A stretch of DNA of 56,441 bases, counting the filler, from Sluysia triapertura (lineage: Eukaryota): assembly GCA_046118255.1 (NCBI GenBank). It is 4 parts of 4 records of this genome, joined end to end, with 100 filler letters (N's around TTAATTAATTAA, not from the genome) between each part and the next. Parts side by side here need not be neighbours in the genome. Positions count along the whole stretch, not along the records: positions 28,197 to 43,399 come from JBJNIA010234894.1; positions 43,500 to 56,441 come from JBJNIA010070617.1; 2 more parts are not named here. One strand, 5' to 3'. Positions 40,111-53,239 of the stretch are shown here, one piece after another. Each line of letters opens with the position of its first letter. Position 1 is the stretch's first letter. The notes under the pieces are model-generated. The model did not search any database. It saw only the letters and a list, made by a program, of their open reading frames with translations, and was not told the origin of the DNA. The position numbers and the translations under genes were made by a program.

Positions 40111-40930
40111 AGTGTAATAAAATATCTCTATTAAGCCTTATTTGTTTTTTTAATAACGAAAGAAATGATATAAATTTATTTGTGCCTAAGATGAAATTAA
40201 TTTATTTTTATATAATGTATCACAAAGAAATAACTTGGAAACGTAAACTAATATTATATAAAATCTTCAACAATAATCCTAAGTATACCTTTTATCAACT
40301 TATAAATTCTGAATTTAATAATTCTAGGCTTAGACTTATATTTTTTGTAATATTGGCGTATTGTACATATATATTGATTAAACTAATCGTAGCTACTTCT
40401 ACTATTCAGCAGATCTTTCTACGTAACGCTATGATGGCCAACTTTAATGTAAATACTACTTTGAAACCTCGAAGGTTTAGTCTAACTATAAACTTCATAC
40501 AAAATATGAATCACTTTTATTTCTTTAGTAATGCGAATTATTTGAAGGATTACTTCATACTTAAAACTTACAAAGTTATAAATTGGCAAAAAAATACTCA
40601 AAACTAAACAATCAAATATATATTTAGTTACAGAATTTAAACTCTTAAATTTATCCCATTTTATAAATATCAAACCTCCAAATTGATGTCAAGAGATCAA
40701 CTCTCCAAAAACAAAATAAATATAGTGTTATGCAAAATTCTAAACTTGTTTGATTATCTGTCGATAAAATACCGGTAAAGGATAACATTGGTGTGATTTA
40801 CTGTTATGACATGATTCTTTGAGAGAAATATCAAATAATGGACGAATTACAGATTGTTTAGAAATTTAATAATGAAATATTTGTCTTAAACAATGAAACA
40901 TGTATAAGTAAAAGTAGCAGAAATAATAAC

Positions 40931-40989
<59 letters not shown>
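40931..40989. repeat. (AAT)n microsatellite
   Basis: Pure run seen directly; it explains the poly-Tyr ORF 40866-41090. Confidence 0.95.
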
Positions 40990-40990
<1 letters not shown>

Positions 40991-41333
40991 GATACATATA
41001 AGAAGAGTAACAACGATAATAGTTATAATTATAACAATTATAAATTACTACGACTGTGTTTTGCATGTATTGAGTAATTTGTTTATGCAAGATGTATTGA
41101 TTTGTGTCGATGTTTGTTTGTAATTGTCCTGAGTTAATCTCGAGTTCATTACAATAATTATGAATATTTAAGATCTTGAGTCCTCATTTATTTGAACGTT
41201 TTTTAACATATTAAACTTATTTAATATTACTGTAATATATCATGATGAATATGTTTTATAATTTTGTAAATGAATAATAAAAAATTGATTAAGATAAACA
41301 AATATAAATTGTTAAATTTTAAAAATTTTGAAC

Positions 41334-41441
41334 AGTGTGAAACTTTTCCAAGCAGCTTCGCATTGTTTGTATTGCCAGATAGTCTCTTTTCGTAGGACGC
41401 TGCTTTGAGTCGGTTGGAGGAATATTCTCCGGAAAATGCAT
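41334..41441 (-). mobile_element. piggyBac transposase C-terminal cysteine-rich domain remnant
   Basis: HFPENIPPTDSKQRPTKR, then in another frame ETIWQYKQCEAA, then CLEKFHT. This is a collapsed version of HFP..IP....K.RPTRRC..C...RET.W.C..C..ALC..CF..FHT. Confidence 0.65.
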
Positions 41442-43399
41442 CCAAAACAAAAATAAAAATGTAAACATGTTCAAACAAATTTATTTTTGTTAGTCAATTG
41501 TTACGCCAGCACCAATCGTATTTGGAAATTGGCACAAATGTACCAAAAGGTTAAACAATTAATTTTCCAATCCCATTTTGTAATTATTTCATTATATAGT
41601 CAATTTCTTTCTATATATTGTAATTATATTACGGCCACTTGTATTTCTATACATTTCTCTCATAATATTTGATTGTCCAAATCTTAGTTTACATTTATTT
41701 GTAAGTTTGTATTTGTTCGTGCTTGTTAGTATTCATTATTATTATTATTTAATAATTTTATCTACTTATTATTGTAAATAACAAATAATAACAAATTTAA
41801 TAAGAATTTATATTAAATTCTTAGAAAATCATTTGTAATATAAAATTTAAACAAAATTAATATTATTATTATTATTTTAATATATTAAATATTTTGATTA
41901 AATTATTAAAAGTTTCTAATTAGTATGATTAGATAACAATGAAATCTTTTTGATAACACATAAATTAATATTGACCTTTGTAAAAACAACAATATAAAAA
42001 TAATAATATAAATGAATTTTTCATTTCTACACATGATTTTATTATGTTTGTGTCCATTTTATTACTATTTTGGTTAGTAATTTTATTTGTTTATTTTAAA
42101 ATTTATTTTTATTTGTTGAAATATTATATTAATTGAAAAAATAATAAACGTTTTGACACAATTTTGAACGTGTTTTTAGCATTTTATCTCATTATTGTAT
42201 AAGTGTCATTTTTATTAAAATTTAATATTGAATTTTTCGTATGAACATTCTATATAAAGTATACACTTCCTTCATTTAAACAAATTTTTTAATATTAATA
42301 AAAATTATTAAAGTTAAAAAGATAAGTATATTTCTATAGGTTTCATTACCTATGATACATGAACTTCAAATAGTTTGGACAAGCATTTTTTAGTGCTATA
42401 ACTTATCAAATCATATTTTACATTATCATTATAATTGCTCTTATTATTAATATCATAATTATTATCATTATTATTATAAATTCTAAATTAAAAGTAATTA
42501 TAAATTAATGATGCATTAAAATATTATAACATCAAAGAATCATTTTTTCTACTGAAATATTTTCCATCATTTTCTATCTCATAAATAGTGAAGAATTTTA
42601 ATGTCATATTTCTCATTAGCCAATCATAAACTTTCTAAAAAATTACAAGGCAAGAATGCATGTTTTCAACTATTTCTTTGTACAAAATGATGTGCAACAA
42701 TTTCTCAGAAAGTTGTTATCGGAAAAGCATTTCTTAAACTTCTATCATTTCTATCATATTGGACAGAAGAACAAATTAAATTTTAATGGCCTCTGATTTG
42801 TAGAAAACAGAACTATGAGTTGTGTGAAAATTGAAAAATAGTAAATGAAGTTTTGTACTGAATACACCATATAAAAATTTTTAACAAACGACCAGACACA
42901 GTATAATAGAATAAAACATAGGATTTCCTATGTTAAAAGTTATTAAAATTAGAGAAAATCATATCAAAAGTTAAATTGATGGTTAAGTAAGAAAATGCAA
43001 TGTTATGTTTAAGTGTGAAGTGTTGAAGATAGAAAAAATAATTAATCACATCAATTATTATCACAAGATTAATGTGACTTGTATCGGTTTGACGAATAAT
43101 TTCAAAATGATGCGGTTCATCGGTATCAGACTAATTGTTTATATATTAATTATATTTGCCAATTAATAAGCATTTATTCATAAAACAAAAATATGCTGCA
43201 GTATTTAATTTTGAAATTTTTTGAAAAAGTTAAAAATACAAATCGAAAGTCAACTGAAAATAAAAACTTAAAGAATATTAATGAAAAAAGAAATAACCTC
43301 AATAAAAGCTACAGAATGGTTTTAATAAAGGATCAAGATAAAAATAGCGAAAGTGTTCTAGATTTCAAAAACATTTTTAAAAATTCGAGGATAAACAAT

Positions 43400-43499
43400 N
43401 NNNNNNNNNNNNNNNNNNNNNNNNNNNNNNNNNNNNNNNNNNNTTAATTAATTAANNNNNNNNNNNNNNNNNNNNNNNNNNNNNNNNNNNNNNNNNNNN
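43400..43499. other. Artificial scaffold linker
   Basis: 44N-TTAATTAATTAA-44N. Confidence 0.97.
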
Positions 43500-46400
43500 T
43501 ATATATATTAAATAGAGCATTCAACGGCTTAAATATTTTGATTTGCCAAATATATTGGGTGCTTTTTATACCATTATCTCACTAAATGCAAGCTAGCTTT
43601 AATTTCAAATTTGTTCGTTTTTTTTGTTATTTGGGATCAACTTCCTGCTGTGGTTTTATTAACTCTTAACCTACTAAAAAATATTTTTTGACAGCATTCT
43701 ATTGCAGTAAACGTCTTACAAAGTGAAGTTTGCGTTTCTGCAACTCGATAAATTAGCTACTATCTTAAATCTAATCTTACAATCAATTTAATACTTAAGT
43801 GTCTATATCATAAACACAACGTTGATTTAACCAATAAAACGACCAATTCAAAACTTTATTAATTAATAAATTCAACTAACAAAAGATATAAAACTATGAA
43901 GATTAAGAAAAATAAATAAAACTAAATTTCATTGTAATTGTTAAAGTTAAAACTGTCTTTCAGTCTTTAACTTATGATAAAAATGAATTTACGTGTATTT
44001 TACCCCTCATTATAACCGGAAAACCTTATTTTTTTCTTTAGAAGTTTAAAATTTTAGTGTATTTTATGATATTAATCTTACTGATCAAGATTCATATCTC
44101 CTTATAAAAATAACTTACTAATAACATGGAATTGAACAGAATTTTCGTTCAGAAATCCTTGAAAGCACGATTGATAATTTCTTTATACTAATTTTGAAAC
44201 GATTGTCCTCAGAATTCAATATATAATAATGATTACTTTTCCATATTGAAATAGCTACATAGTGTTTTACAAAATGGCAATTATAAAAAATGCCAATGAA
44301 AATCGACGGAACATTCTGTTTTTAGAAGCGAATTTTCTTTTTTTATTTACTTTTTTCAAAGAATAATTTTTTTGGAAAATAATTACTTTTAAGTGATTTA
44401 AAGATTTTTAAATAGTTTTAAAGCATTTTAAGTAATTTTTGAGAGTTGTGATGAGAACCTAACATTCCCTTTAAGTATATTAAGACGTTTGCCAGGTCTT
44501 GAGACTCCTTTAAATTATAAAATAAAATTACTAGAATAATATTGTACTAATATTCAAAACTTTATTAGAATAATATGTTTATACGAAACAACAACAACCA
44601 ATTTAATTATACAACACCAACTTGTATTTTAATGAAATTTATGTTAAAATGAAAAAATTAAATTATTTATAAACTTATTTGTATTAAAAAAATTTTTAAC
44701 TCTTCAAGTTAAAACATTAAAATACATGTAAAATCTTTTTAAAACGAATTTTCTCTGCACGATTTAAATTGTAAGAAAATTAAAGACATTAAAGGTTTGA
44801 ATTTCAAAATGTTTTGTTTCTTCTATTTAAGTCTCTTTAAATAGATTCTGCGTATCTAATGATATAATTTTTGTAACATACCATCGAAGATTTTTAATTC
44901 TCTTTGTGAAAAAATCGTAATAGAAATAATCTTTTTAAATCCTAAGGCGTATTTTAATTGATTCCAAATAGAATTTAAAATTAGTGAATAAATTAGGTGG
45001 AATTCTATGTTAAATTCTATGGTAGCTACGAGAACGCCAACTTTACGTCGTAACCGGACCTTGGTCAAAATTATTTTATCATAAGTTAAGAATGCGTAAA
45101 AACCGCAGCAATTAATTTTATGATGTGACTACGACATTAAATGCCAATACATTTTGACCCGTCAAATCAACATAATAATAAAATAAAGACTATTTCTATA
45201 GAATAATTTTATTATCTAATTTTAAATGGTCTTCTTGATTGGTGTGAGTAGTTTTGTTAAATAGATGAATAAACTATTTAGTGAACAATCTAAACTCATC
45301 ATTTATACATCCCTCTAATTATTTTAATAATATAATAATAAAATGTTTTATGTAAAATAATTTCTTTTAAAATTTAGCAAAATATAGCTATTATTATTAT
45401 CATTATTATTATCATTATTATTACTGTTATTGTTACTCTTATTAAATATTCTAAATTACTAGCAAATAATAATCATTTTATATTTTATATATATTATATT
45501 TAAGATCCATTGTACTTGTAATTTGTATTGTTATTGATATAAAACAGATTAATTTACCTCTTTTTTTGTTATTTCGATTTTCACATAATTAATTTTTTGG
45601 CATGCTTTAATCTAAATTTTTCAAAATTTGTTGAATAAAATAAAATACAATGAATCATTAACTATACGAATAAAAGTTCATACATCTTTTCTCTGGAATA
45701 TTTACTGTTATTGTAAGGTGTGCCGTTATAAAAGTAATATTTGTTAATGAAAATAATAATTATTTTTTGAATTTTAAATAACTAATAAATCCAAATACTA
45801 TTTTCAGTAAAAATTGATGTAAATAATTTATCTTCTAATTCAAATACATTTGATACTTCAGTAATGACAGAGTTAATTCGAAAAATATAAGCAATGACCT
45901 ATTTTCAGTGTCATGTTATCACTACATGAATTAATCAGTTGTTATTATTATTATTTTTTGTTTTAGAAAGTAAAATGTATTATATTCACATTTATTCATC
46001 AGAGGCAGACTGTGTTCATATCTCTAAGATTCTTCTGCCTCGTAGTTGATAAGCGTTATTTTTAGCAATGTTAAAATTTTTAAAAATTAATGTACTCCCT
46101 AGGTAAATTAATGTATATAATTTAGAATTTCGTAGACGATTTGAGGGAGGTGGATTACAAAGAGAAACTATTTTAATGAATCCTTTATGTAAAAAAAATT
46201 TAAATAAATTAATTAATATGATTTTCTAATTGTAGCTAATGTGTTTCGTAATTTTATATTAGGATAATTATAGAAAGAGTAATAAAAATGATTTAGTATT
46301 ATTTCATAATAATATTTGAATTTTATTTGTTTTTAATAAATAAATGAAAAAGCCAGTTCTAAAATTAATATGAAAATACAACATAAATCTAATTTATTAT

Positions 46401-47200
46401 TATTATTATTACTATTATTATTGTTTTATTTTCTAATTTTGTAATCTCTTTCATATGGCTACATCATAAACTTCTAAAATCTATTCCTGACTACTAAACC
46501 GCATTAAATAATATGCTACCTTTTCTTTTCCCATGTAAAACTTTACAATTCTAAGAAAATTGACTGTTTTATGAAATGGATTTTTATTTTATTTCTTATT
46601 TTATACAATAAATCGGATAATGTATTAAGATTATTTTACAAAATTCAAACAGAACATGAAATGTATTCAGAATCGAGACTATGGTAATACCTTAAAATAA
46701 CTGACATTTTTGTAATATTCGATCATGTCAACATGAAACATTTAATTTAAATTCATTTAATAAATGTTGATGGTATCATCCAAATTCAATTTGAAATGTC
46801 TAAATATTTTTAGAGTAATATGAATTTTAATTTCTACATCCAATATTAAATACATTTTTGAAGATGACTCTACATTGTGACATTTAAATTTGAAATAAAT
46901 AAAAATAGTACTTTTAGTAAATAATTTTTTGCTATTCCAAATTTATGTAGTTTATTTTACTGTTGAAAGTTTAAGAACTTTTTATTATTGTTACTATTAT
47001 TGCTATTATTATTATTAATTTTTATTATTATGATTATTATGATTATTATTTTTATTATTTTATATTTTTGTTTTAGTTTACAAGGTCAAACTATATATGT
47101 TACTATTATTGTAATTCGAACTTTCACTTCAAAAAATTTTTAAAATGTTTTTTGTGTGTGAAGAATTTGCAATGTATATTTCGATTGAGATGCAAAGCGT

Positions 47201-47953
47201 ATGATTTCAAATTATTATTGTCATAAATCACAAATGTTCCTGAAGCATATTGAAAAGGAATCGGACGCCATAGATATGAAGGAAGAAATGATCATAGATG
47301 CAAACTACGAAGGAGATTTGACCTACTCAGCTCATGGCCTATACAGAATGTCAAACGCAGATCTTTTAAAATGTCCAGCTATTAGTATTTTGAAATGTGA
47401 ATGCTCTAATGTAAAGATAAAAGATGTATTAGTTAAAGATTTAAAAGATGTATTAGTTAAAGATTTAAAAGATGTATTAGTTAAATGTGGTCTTACTTTA
47501 GATCACCGTAATGCTCCGAATTACGTATCAGATAATTTACAAATACTAGAATTATGGCCAATACAAATAAACAGCGATTTCTTAATTAGCTCAGTACAAG
47601 AAACTAGGATAAAGTGTTTTATATTAACTAATAATGACTTGACTTATCATTTCGATTTTTATAATGTATCGGTACATTTGTACTCCCATTTTGTTAAATG
47701 TTATGAAGTTTATTTTTATATTCATTTTTATTTTCGCGAAAATAATAAACATTATTTTAAGACTAGTTATATTAGTATTTTTCAATTAGAATTGTTTTAC
47801 AATATTATGATACGCAGTGTTGAAATTTTAAAAGTTTTCGTAGGTTTAAATTTTGATTTAGTTTTGTACGAGTTTTTGGTACAAGTTCCGAATTATCTCC
47901 CAATTCATGATCATGTTCTTGAAGTTTTACTGTACAGTCAGAAGCCAGTTTAG
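47201..47953 (+). CDS. Hypothetical protein (250 aa), possibly the 5' part of the kinase-like locus
   Basis: Long ORF for such AT-rich DNA. Contains an in-frame 24-bp tandem repeat (47420-47485, KDVLVKDL). No family recognised. Confidence 0.35.
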   Translation: MISNYYCHKSQMFLKHIEKESDAIDMKEEMIIDANYEGDLTYSAHGLYRMSNADLLKCPAISILKCECSNVKIKDVLVKDLKDVLVKDLKDVLVKCGLTLDHRNAPNYVSDNLQILELWPIQINSDFLISSVQETRIKCFILTNNDLTYHFDFYNVSVHLYSHFVKCYEVYFYIHFYFRENNKHYFKTSYISIFQLELFYNIMIRSVEILKVFVGLNFDLVLYEFLVQVPNYLPIHDHVLEVLLYSQKPV

Positions 47954-48248
47954 AACGTCAGTCATTAACTCCTCATTTGACAACTCATTACATAAATACT
48001 TACAATTCAATTCATCTCTTGTTTAATACTTTTTCTTATGATGAAATGTATGGGCTTTGGAAGCCTAAATTAGATTTTTATAAACTTTTGTATAATTCTA
48101 ATCTTAAATTTGATTTTTCGTATAAATATAATAACGTTATTCATTATTTTCCTTACATGATTTCGAATAATTCAGAAATAATAAATACTTTTAAAACAAT
48201 AAGTATTAGTTATAAATTTTATTCTAGTTTTTACATTAATATAAATAA

Positions 48249-48680
48249 TATTATACCTCGGCTCATCCTACAAGACATCCATACGTTGTTCGGTATTACC
48301 GAACTGATATCGAATTTCAAGCAGTTGTAGAGCAATTAGAATATCGTTTTGGGTATTCTATTTATCATTACATTGAAAATTGTTTAAAACAAAACAGCGA
48401 TTGTGAAATTAAAGAGGTGTTTGTGATAAAAATGCTTTCTAGTATTCTATCAGCTATGTATTACTTATTTGATAATGTCATATGTGTTCATAATGATGTT
48501 AATGTTAAAAACATTTGGGTACGAACATATATGACTGGATTTAATTGTAAATCCATGACTAATGATTTTGTTACTCTTCTTTTATATAATTTTGAAAATG
48601 CATTGAGCGATTTTGAAGACATAAACGATGTCGTATTAAATTTATATTCTCACAAGATGTTATTTTTAATTTCAATCTAA
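48249..48680 (+). pseudogene. Protein kinase-like fragment (subdomains IV-VII; Wee1-like), pseudokinase or pseudogene
   Basis: One frame reads AHPTRHPYVVRYYRTDIEFQAVVEQLEYRFGYSIYHYIE..LSSILSAMYYL..VHNDVNVKNIWV..LLLYNFENA. HxD is retained, the catalytic-loop Lys is lost and DFG is replaced by NFE. Confidence 0.65.
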
Positions 48681-48999
48681 ATTTTGAAGTCCTAATTCAA
48701 AATGTTACATCTCAAAATATATCGACCATTCTGAGAGCTCAAAACAAATTAATCATATCTTTATTTTAAAGCTTAAAGTTTTTAATTTAAAATTTAAAGT
48801 TTTTGATGTTAAACATGTTTTAATCTTTAAGGTTTATGAAGGCCTTTATATCAATTTAAAATTAGAATATGTTGATAACTTAAGTAATACGATTATGCTG
48901 ATCTTTAAATTTTATAAAATTAATAACGTTAATTCGAATTATATTAATAGTTCTAGAGATTGGGTGTTCTTTGATTTTTATGAGTTACAGGCAATACAC

Positions 49000-51900
49000 C
49001 TATTATGTTGAATATTTGCTATCCATTATTTTCCGTAGACCTCGCTATGGCTTTGCTCGGAAACTCGATTGGTTTTTAAAGAATACTCCGCTTGAGAATG
49101 TTCGGCCCAGTGGCTGGGGGCCAGAAGATCATTTTGGCTATCACTGCAAGCAATACTCCGTGTGTCCGGCCCAGTAGCGGAGGGGCTAGAAAATCCCGGG
49201 ATCCTTATCACATTCATCAAAATAATACTCCGCTTAGTGGGTCCAGCAGCGGGGGAGCCGAAGATCCGTCGCAGATGTTCTTCCCAAATTTGTTCCTTTC
49301 TTTGATTCTCAACATCACTCTGATTCTTTATCCGACTTTCTATGCTTCTATCCTCTACCTCTCCTTGCACCTTGCTCCTGCCACTTCTCTTTTTCCTCAT
49401 CTCCTTCCTAAAATTGCTCCTCGCTTCTGCTTAACTAATTCTACTCTTCCTAAACGATCTTCTACTGTTCTTCCATCTCCGCCCCTCCATCTAAATCATC
49501 TAAAATAACACCACCTCTTTCTCCAAATTTACCTACAAACTTACATTCTGCCCTTCCACCGGTCCGGAAATTGCGCTTTGCCCTTCGGCATAAGTTTCTT
49601 CGTCCCATTCTCCCTGCTGTTATTTCTCCTCTGATGCTCCTCATTCCACTGATGTTTGCACTGAAATCGTGTCCTCTTCGACTTGCTCAGACAATTCCAC
49701 TACTGCGCTTGACATGGTAAAGAAAAAGAAAAAGGCTACTTCTCCATTTGACTTTCATAGGGGCAAAACTAAAGGAACCTTTCTCTTCTTCCTTTCTTCT
49801 ACGAAAAAACTACACAAGTTATTCAGAAACTTCTTCGAGAAGTAAATCTCAATTCCATCCTATCCAACTTTCACCGATTTCTTGACTGATCTCCCTTTTT
49901 CTCTTGAAAAAATTAAAACGGCTTTCTCTACATGTGACAAATCTTCATCTCCTGCCCACTCTGGAGTTTCTTTTCTTAGCTGGAAGCAAATTGATCCTGA
50001 GTTTTCCTTCTATTTCTTTTCAACTTTATTCATATTACTACTGATATTCCTCAACAATGGCGGCACTTTCACACTCATTATTCTGAAACCGAGTAAATCT
50101 TCTGAATCAACTTCCCCTTCTTCTTGGCGTCCTATTGCTATTATTGATACCTCTTATAGGCTTTACACCAAAATGCTTAATGCTAGACTTCTTGATTTGA
50201 TCCAATTAGGTAGACTTATCTGTCCTATCCACAAAGCTCTTATCCATCCAGATGCCTGTCTTGAGCATATTCACACTTTTCAAACTTTACTTCACGCTAG
50301 TACGACTCATTCTCCTAAATCACATTTGTTTGTTTGGCTCGAATTTTCTAACGCTTTCGGTTCAGTTCCGCATGGTTATCTCTTCTGGTTGCTTGAAAGA
50401 TCAGGTCTTCAAAAATCCACTATTACTCTTAAGAATCTTTATACCGGCAACTTTTGTACTTACTCTCTTGGACCTTATACATCTGTTCCTGCTCCGGTCA
50501 AGGTTGGTGTCAAACAGGGCTGCTTCCTGTCTATGAACCACTTCGTTTTGCATCTTCCAATCTTTCTCCTTTTTCCTATCTTGGTTTTGACTTCACCTGT
50601 CTTTCTTAGGCTGACGATATCATGCTTGTTTCCAATTCTTCCTCTTCTCTTCCACTCACTCTTGACAAACTCTCATCACTTTTCATCAATCTTAAATTCC
50701 GCCCTGATAAATGCGGCTTTCTTAATACTGTTCGTTCTACTTCTTCTCTTACTATATATGGAACTCCTTAGTCTATTATCGACTCTAATTCTCACTACTC
50801 TTGTCTAGGCTCCAAGATTGGTTCTGCTAAACATCTCTATCGAAACTTTGCTTCACACTGCCTTGTGTGATTGTTCAAAAATTCTATATTCTCCTTTACA
50901 TCCTATCCAGAAAATCAGGGCTATAAAAATCTTTATTCTTTCTCGCTTTCCTGACCATTTCAGGGCCAGCAAGATCTTACGTAATCAACTCAGCAAAGCT
51001 CAGATGAATCCTAGCGACGATTATGATGACTCTCCAGCTTTTGATCGTAGTTTCCATAATCCTCTCCGTCCTGCTCTTCAAATTCACTATCATTCTACCT
51101 CTATTGATTTCTTTTATACTACTGTTGATCTTGGGAGACTTGGTTATACTTCCTTACATTCTGAATACCTTATCCAAACTATCGTCCATTACTTTCGCAT
51201 TTTTACTTCTTGTGACAACAACCTTCGCCGTTTCTCCCACGAATACTTAAAACTGGACTCAAAACTCTATTTCTGCATACCTAATCTTATCTCTACTCTT
51301 AATTGGCTTTCTGATTCTATCGATCCATCACGGCTAAGCATGGCATTTGGTTCTTTTTGCTAATGAGTCATTTACTCTTAAACTTTATTTGCACTCTTCA
51401 TCGTTTTCATTAACCAAAGATGAGAAGGACAATGTTACTTAAGCCTTCCATCAATTGACTGGATTGTCCCAATTTCTTAAATGGCAATCCCTGAAATGTC
51501 AGTCTTTCTTAACTTCTCTCGCGCAATCTCAACTGTCCAATAAACTTCTTAGTTCTGAACTGCCTGATAATATCATTTTTACTCAAAACTCGCACTAACA
51601 CTTTGTCTTTAAACTTTTGTCAGAAAAATCTGAAAACTAATACTTCTACTCATTGCCGACGTTGCCGCTTTAAGTGCGATTCCGCGCTCCACGCACTTAA
51701 TCACTGTCCCTTCAATTCTTCTCTTATCAGTCTTTGTCATAACCATGCTCTTAAACTCATCCCATCTTTCTTTAGGGACCAGGGAATTGACGTTGAATGT
51801 GACTCCGAATGTCAACTCTTCTCCAACCGCTCAGATGTCCCCGACAAAGTCAAAAAACAAAGGCCGACCTTCTCTTTCAATTTAATTCTTTCTAACTTAT

Positions 51901-52270
51901 TGATATCAAAACTCCTTTTGACAAACTTGAATCTTTCTCTGATGTCCACAAGGAAAACTCTGAAATATCTTCTTTTCTCTCAACACTTATCTGAAGTCAC
52001 TCGTTCTAAAGTCCAAATCTTTACTTTAAACTTTCCTTCTCTTGGTACAATTTACTCTGAGAACTTCAACACTCTTAAACATTTCAACTTCATCAAATAA
52101 GACATCAATAGAATCCTCGTCGAAATAGCCTTTGGAATGGTCAAACTATCACACAGAATTTACATGAACCACATCCTCTCAAGATATCCCAAAATACGAA
52201 ATTAAACAGTTCCAGCTCCAGCAACTGGTCCCGAAAAATAATTGACATTCTATCGAACTGAAAAACAATT
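49000..52270 (+). mobile_element. Decayed non-LTR retrotransposon, RLE type (RT, CCHC knuckle, restriction-like endonuclease)
   Basis: RT motifs SSWRPIAIIDTSYRLYTKML, CLEH, WLEFSNAFGSVPH, VGVKQGC and ADDI (frameshifted); LHPIQKI; knuckle CRRCRFKCDSALHALNHC; CHN (RHN-like); RP/DLL..LIDIKTPF..LKY. Multiple frameshifts. Boundaries approximate. Confidence 0.9.
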
Positions 52271-52559
52271 TTTATTTTTTTCATGATCTTTTTTGTATAT
52301 AAATCATCTTTGTGTACAGCCTTCGGCATTATTATTTCTGTTCCTCTTCAATGAAGATTTGGAAGGCCCTAGTGACTTTGGAAAAGTTTCTTATTGAGTT
52401 CACTATGGCATGACATGCAGATGTCGTTAGCTTAGGTATATACTCCTTGATCATACCCAGTGGCCTTCTTCGTCAGTATGGATGGATTGTACTTCGATTA
52501 ATGAAAATTTATGTTATTTTCATCGCTTATGATAATGATTATGATTATGATAATCAAGT

Positions 52560-53160
52560 TGTGATTAGCTGCTTCTAGGTACCAGATTAAGTTCTGTGCC
52601 TAGTCCCAGTGATGCAGATTTTACGTTCCGGCAATTAATGTGTTCCGATCCATTAAAGACAAAAGCGATAAAGTTGATGATGATATGGTAGTTCCAGTTA
52701 TTGAAGATGTAGCTGTCTCTGATACTGTTGATGCTGCATTTCCTGGACAGTTTCTTGATAAAGTCAATTTGTTAAACCCATTAAAGTTGAAGATGATGAT
52801 ATGGTAGATCAAGACATTGATGATGCACCTGGTGATACCATTCCTGATATTCCTGACACTATTACTGCTGCTGATTTTGCTCCTGCTGTTGTTCCTGACA
52901 TTGCTACAGCCGATACTGCTGGTTTTTCTTCTGCAGTACCTGCTATTCATGTTGCTGCTGGGATTTCTGCAGGAGTTGTCTCCTGCTAGACCAGTTTATC
53001 TTGAGTATCCAGCAAGCCGCGCTCCTGACAAACAGAATTATCTAATGCATCCTGAATTATCTGTCGGCAGTTAGGTATCGAGTAGGCCGTGCTCCTGCGG
53101 TACCTGCTACTCATCCGGTTGTTCCGGCTAATCCATCCAACACCTTGATCGTGCCAGTTT
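52560..53160 (+). other. Decayed Asp/Ala/Pro-rich low-complexity coding remnant between the two retroelements
   Basis: DDAPGDTIPDIPDTITAADFAPAVVPDIATAD with GAT/GCT/CCT periodicity, broken by stops and frameshifts. Confidence 0.35.
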
Positions 53161-53239
53161 GTGTAATCCCACCTTTTTCTTGTGTATGTTTTGATTTATT
53201 ATGTAAAATTTATTATACTTTTTATTCTGAATCCTTTAA

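Noticed and set aside
4006-41090. Poly-Asn, poly-Tyr and poly-Ile ORFs (4006-4188, 8539-8814, 29420-29677, 33688-33900, 40866-41090)
   Set aside because: Translations of AAT-type microsatellites or AT-rich low-complexity DNA.
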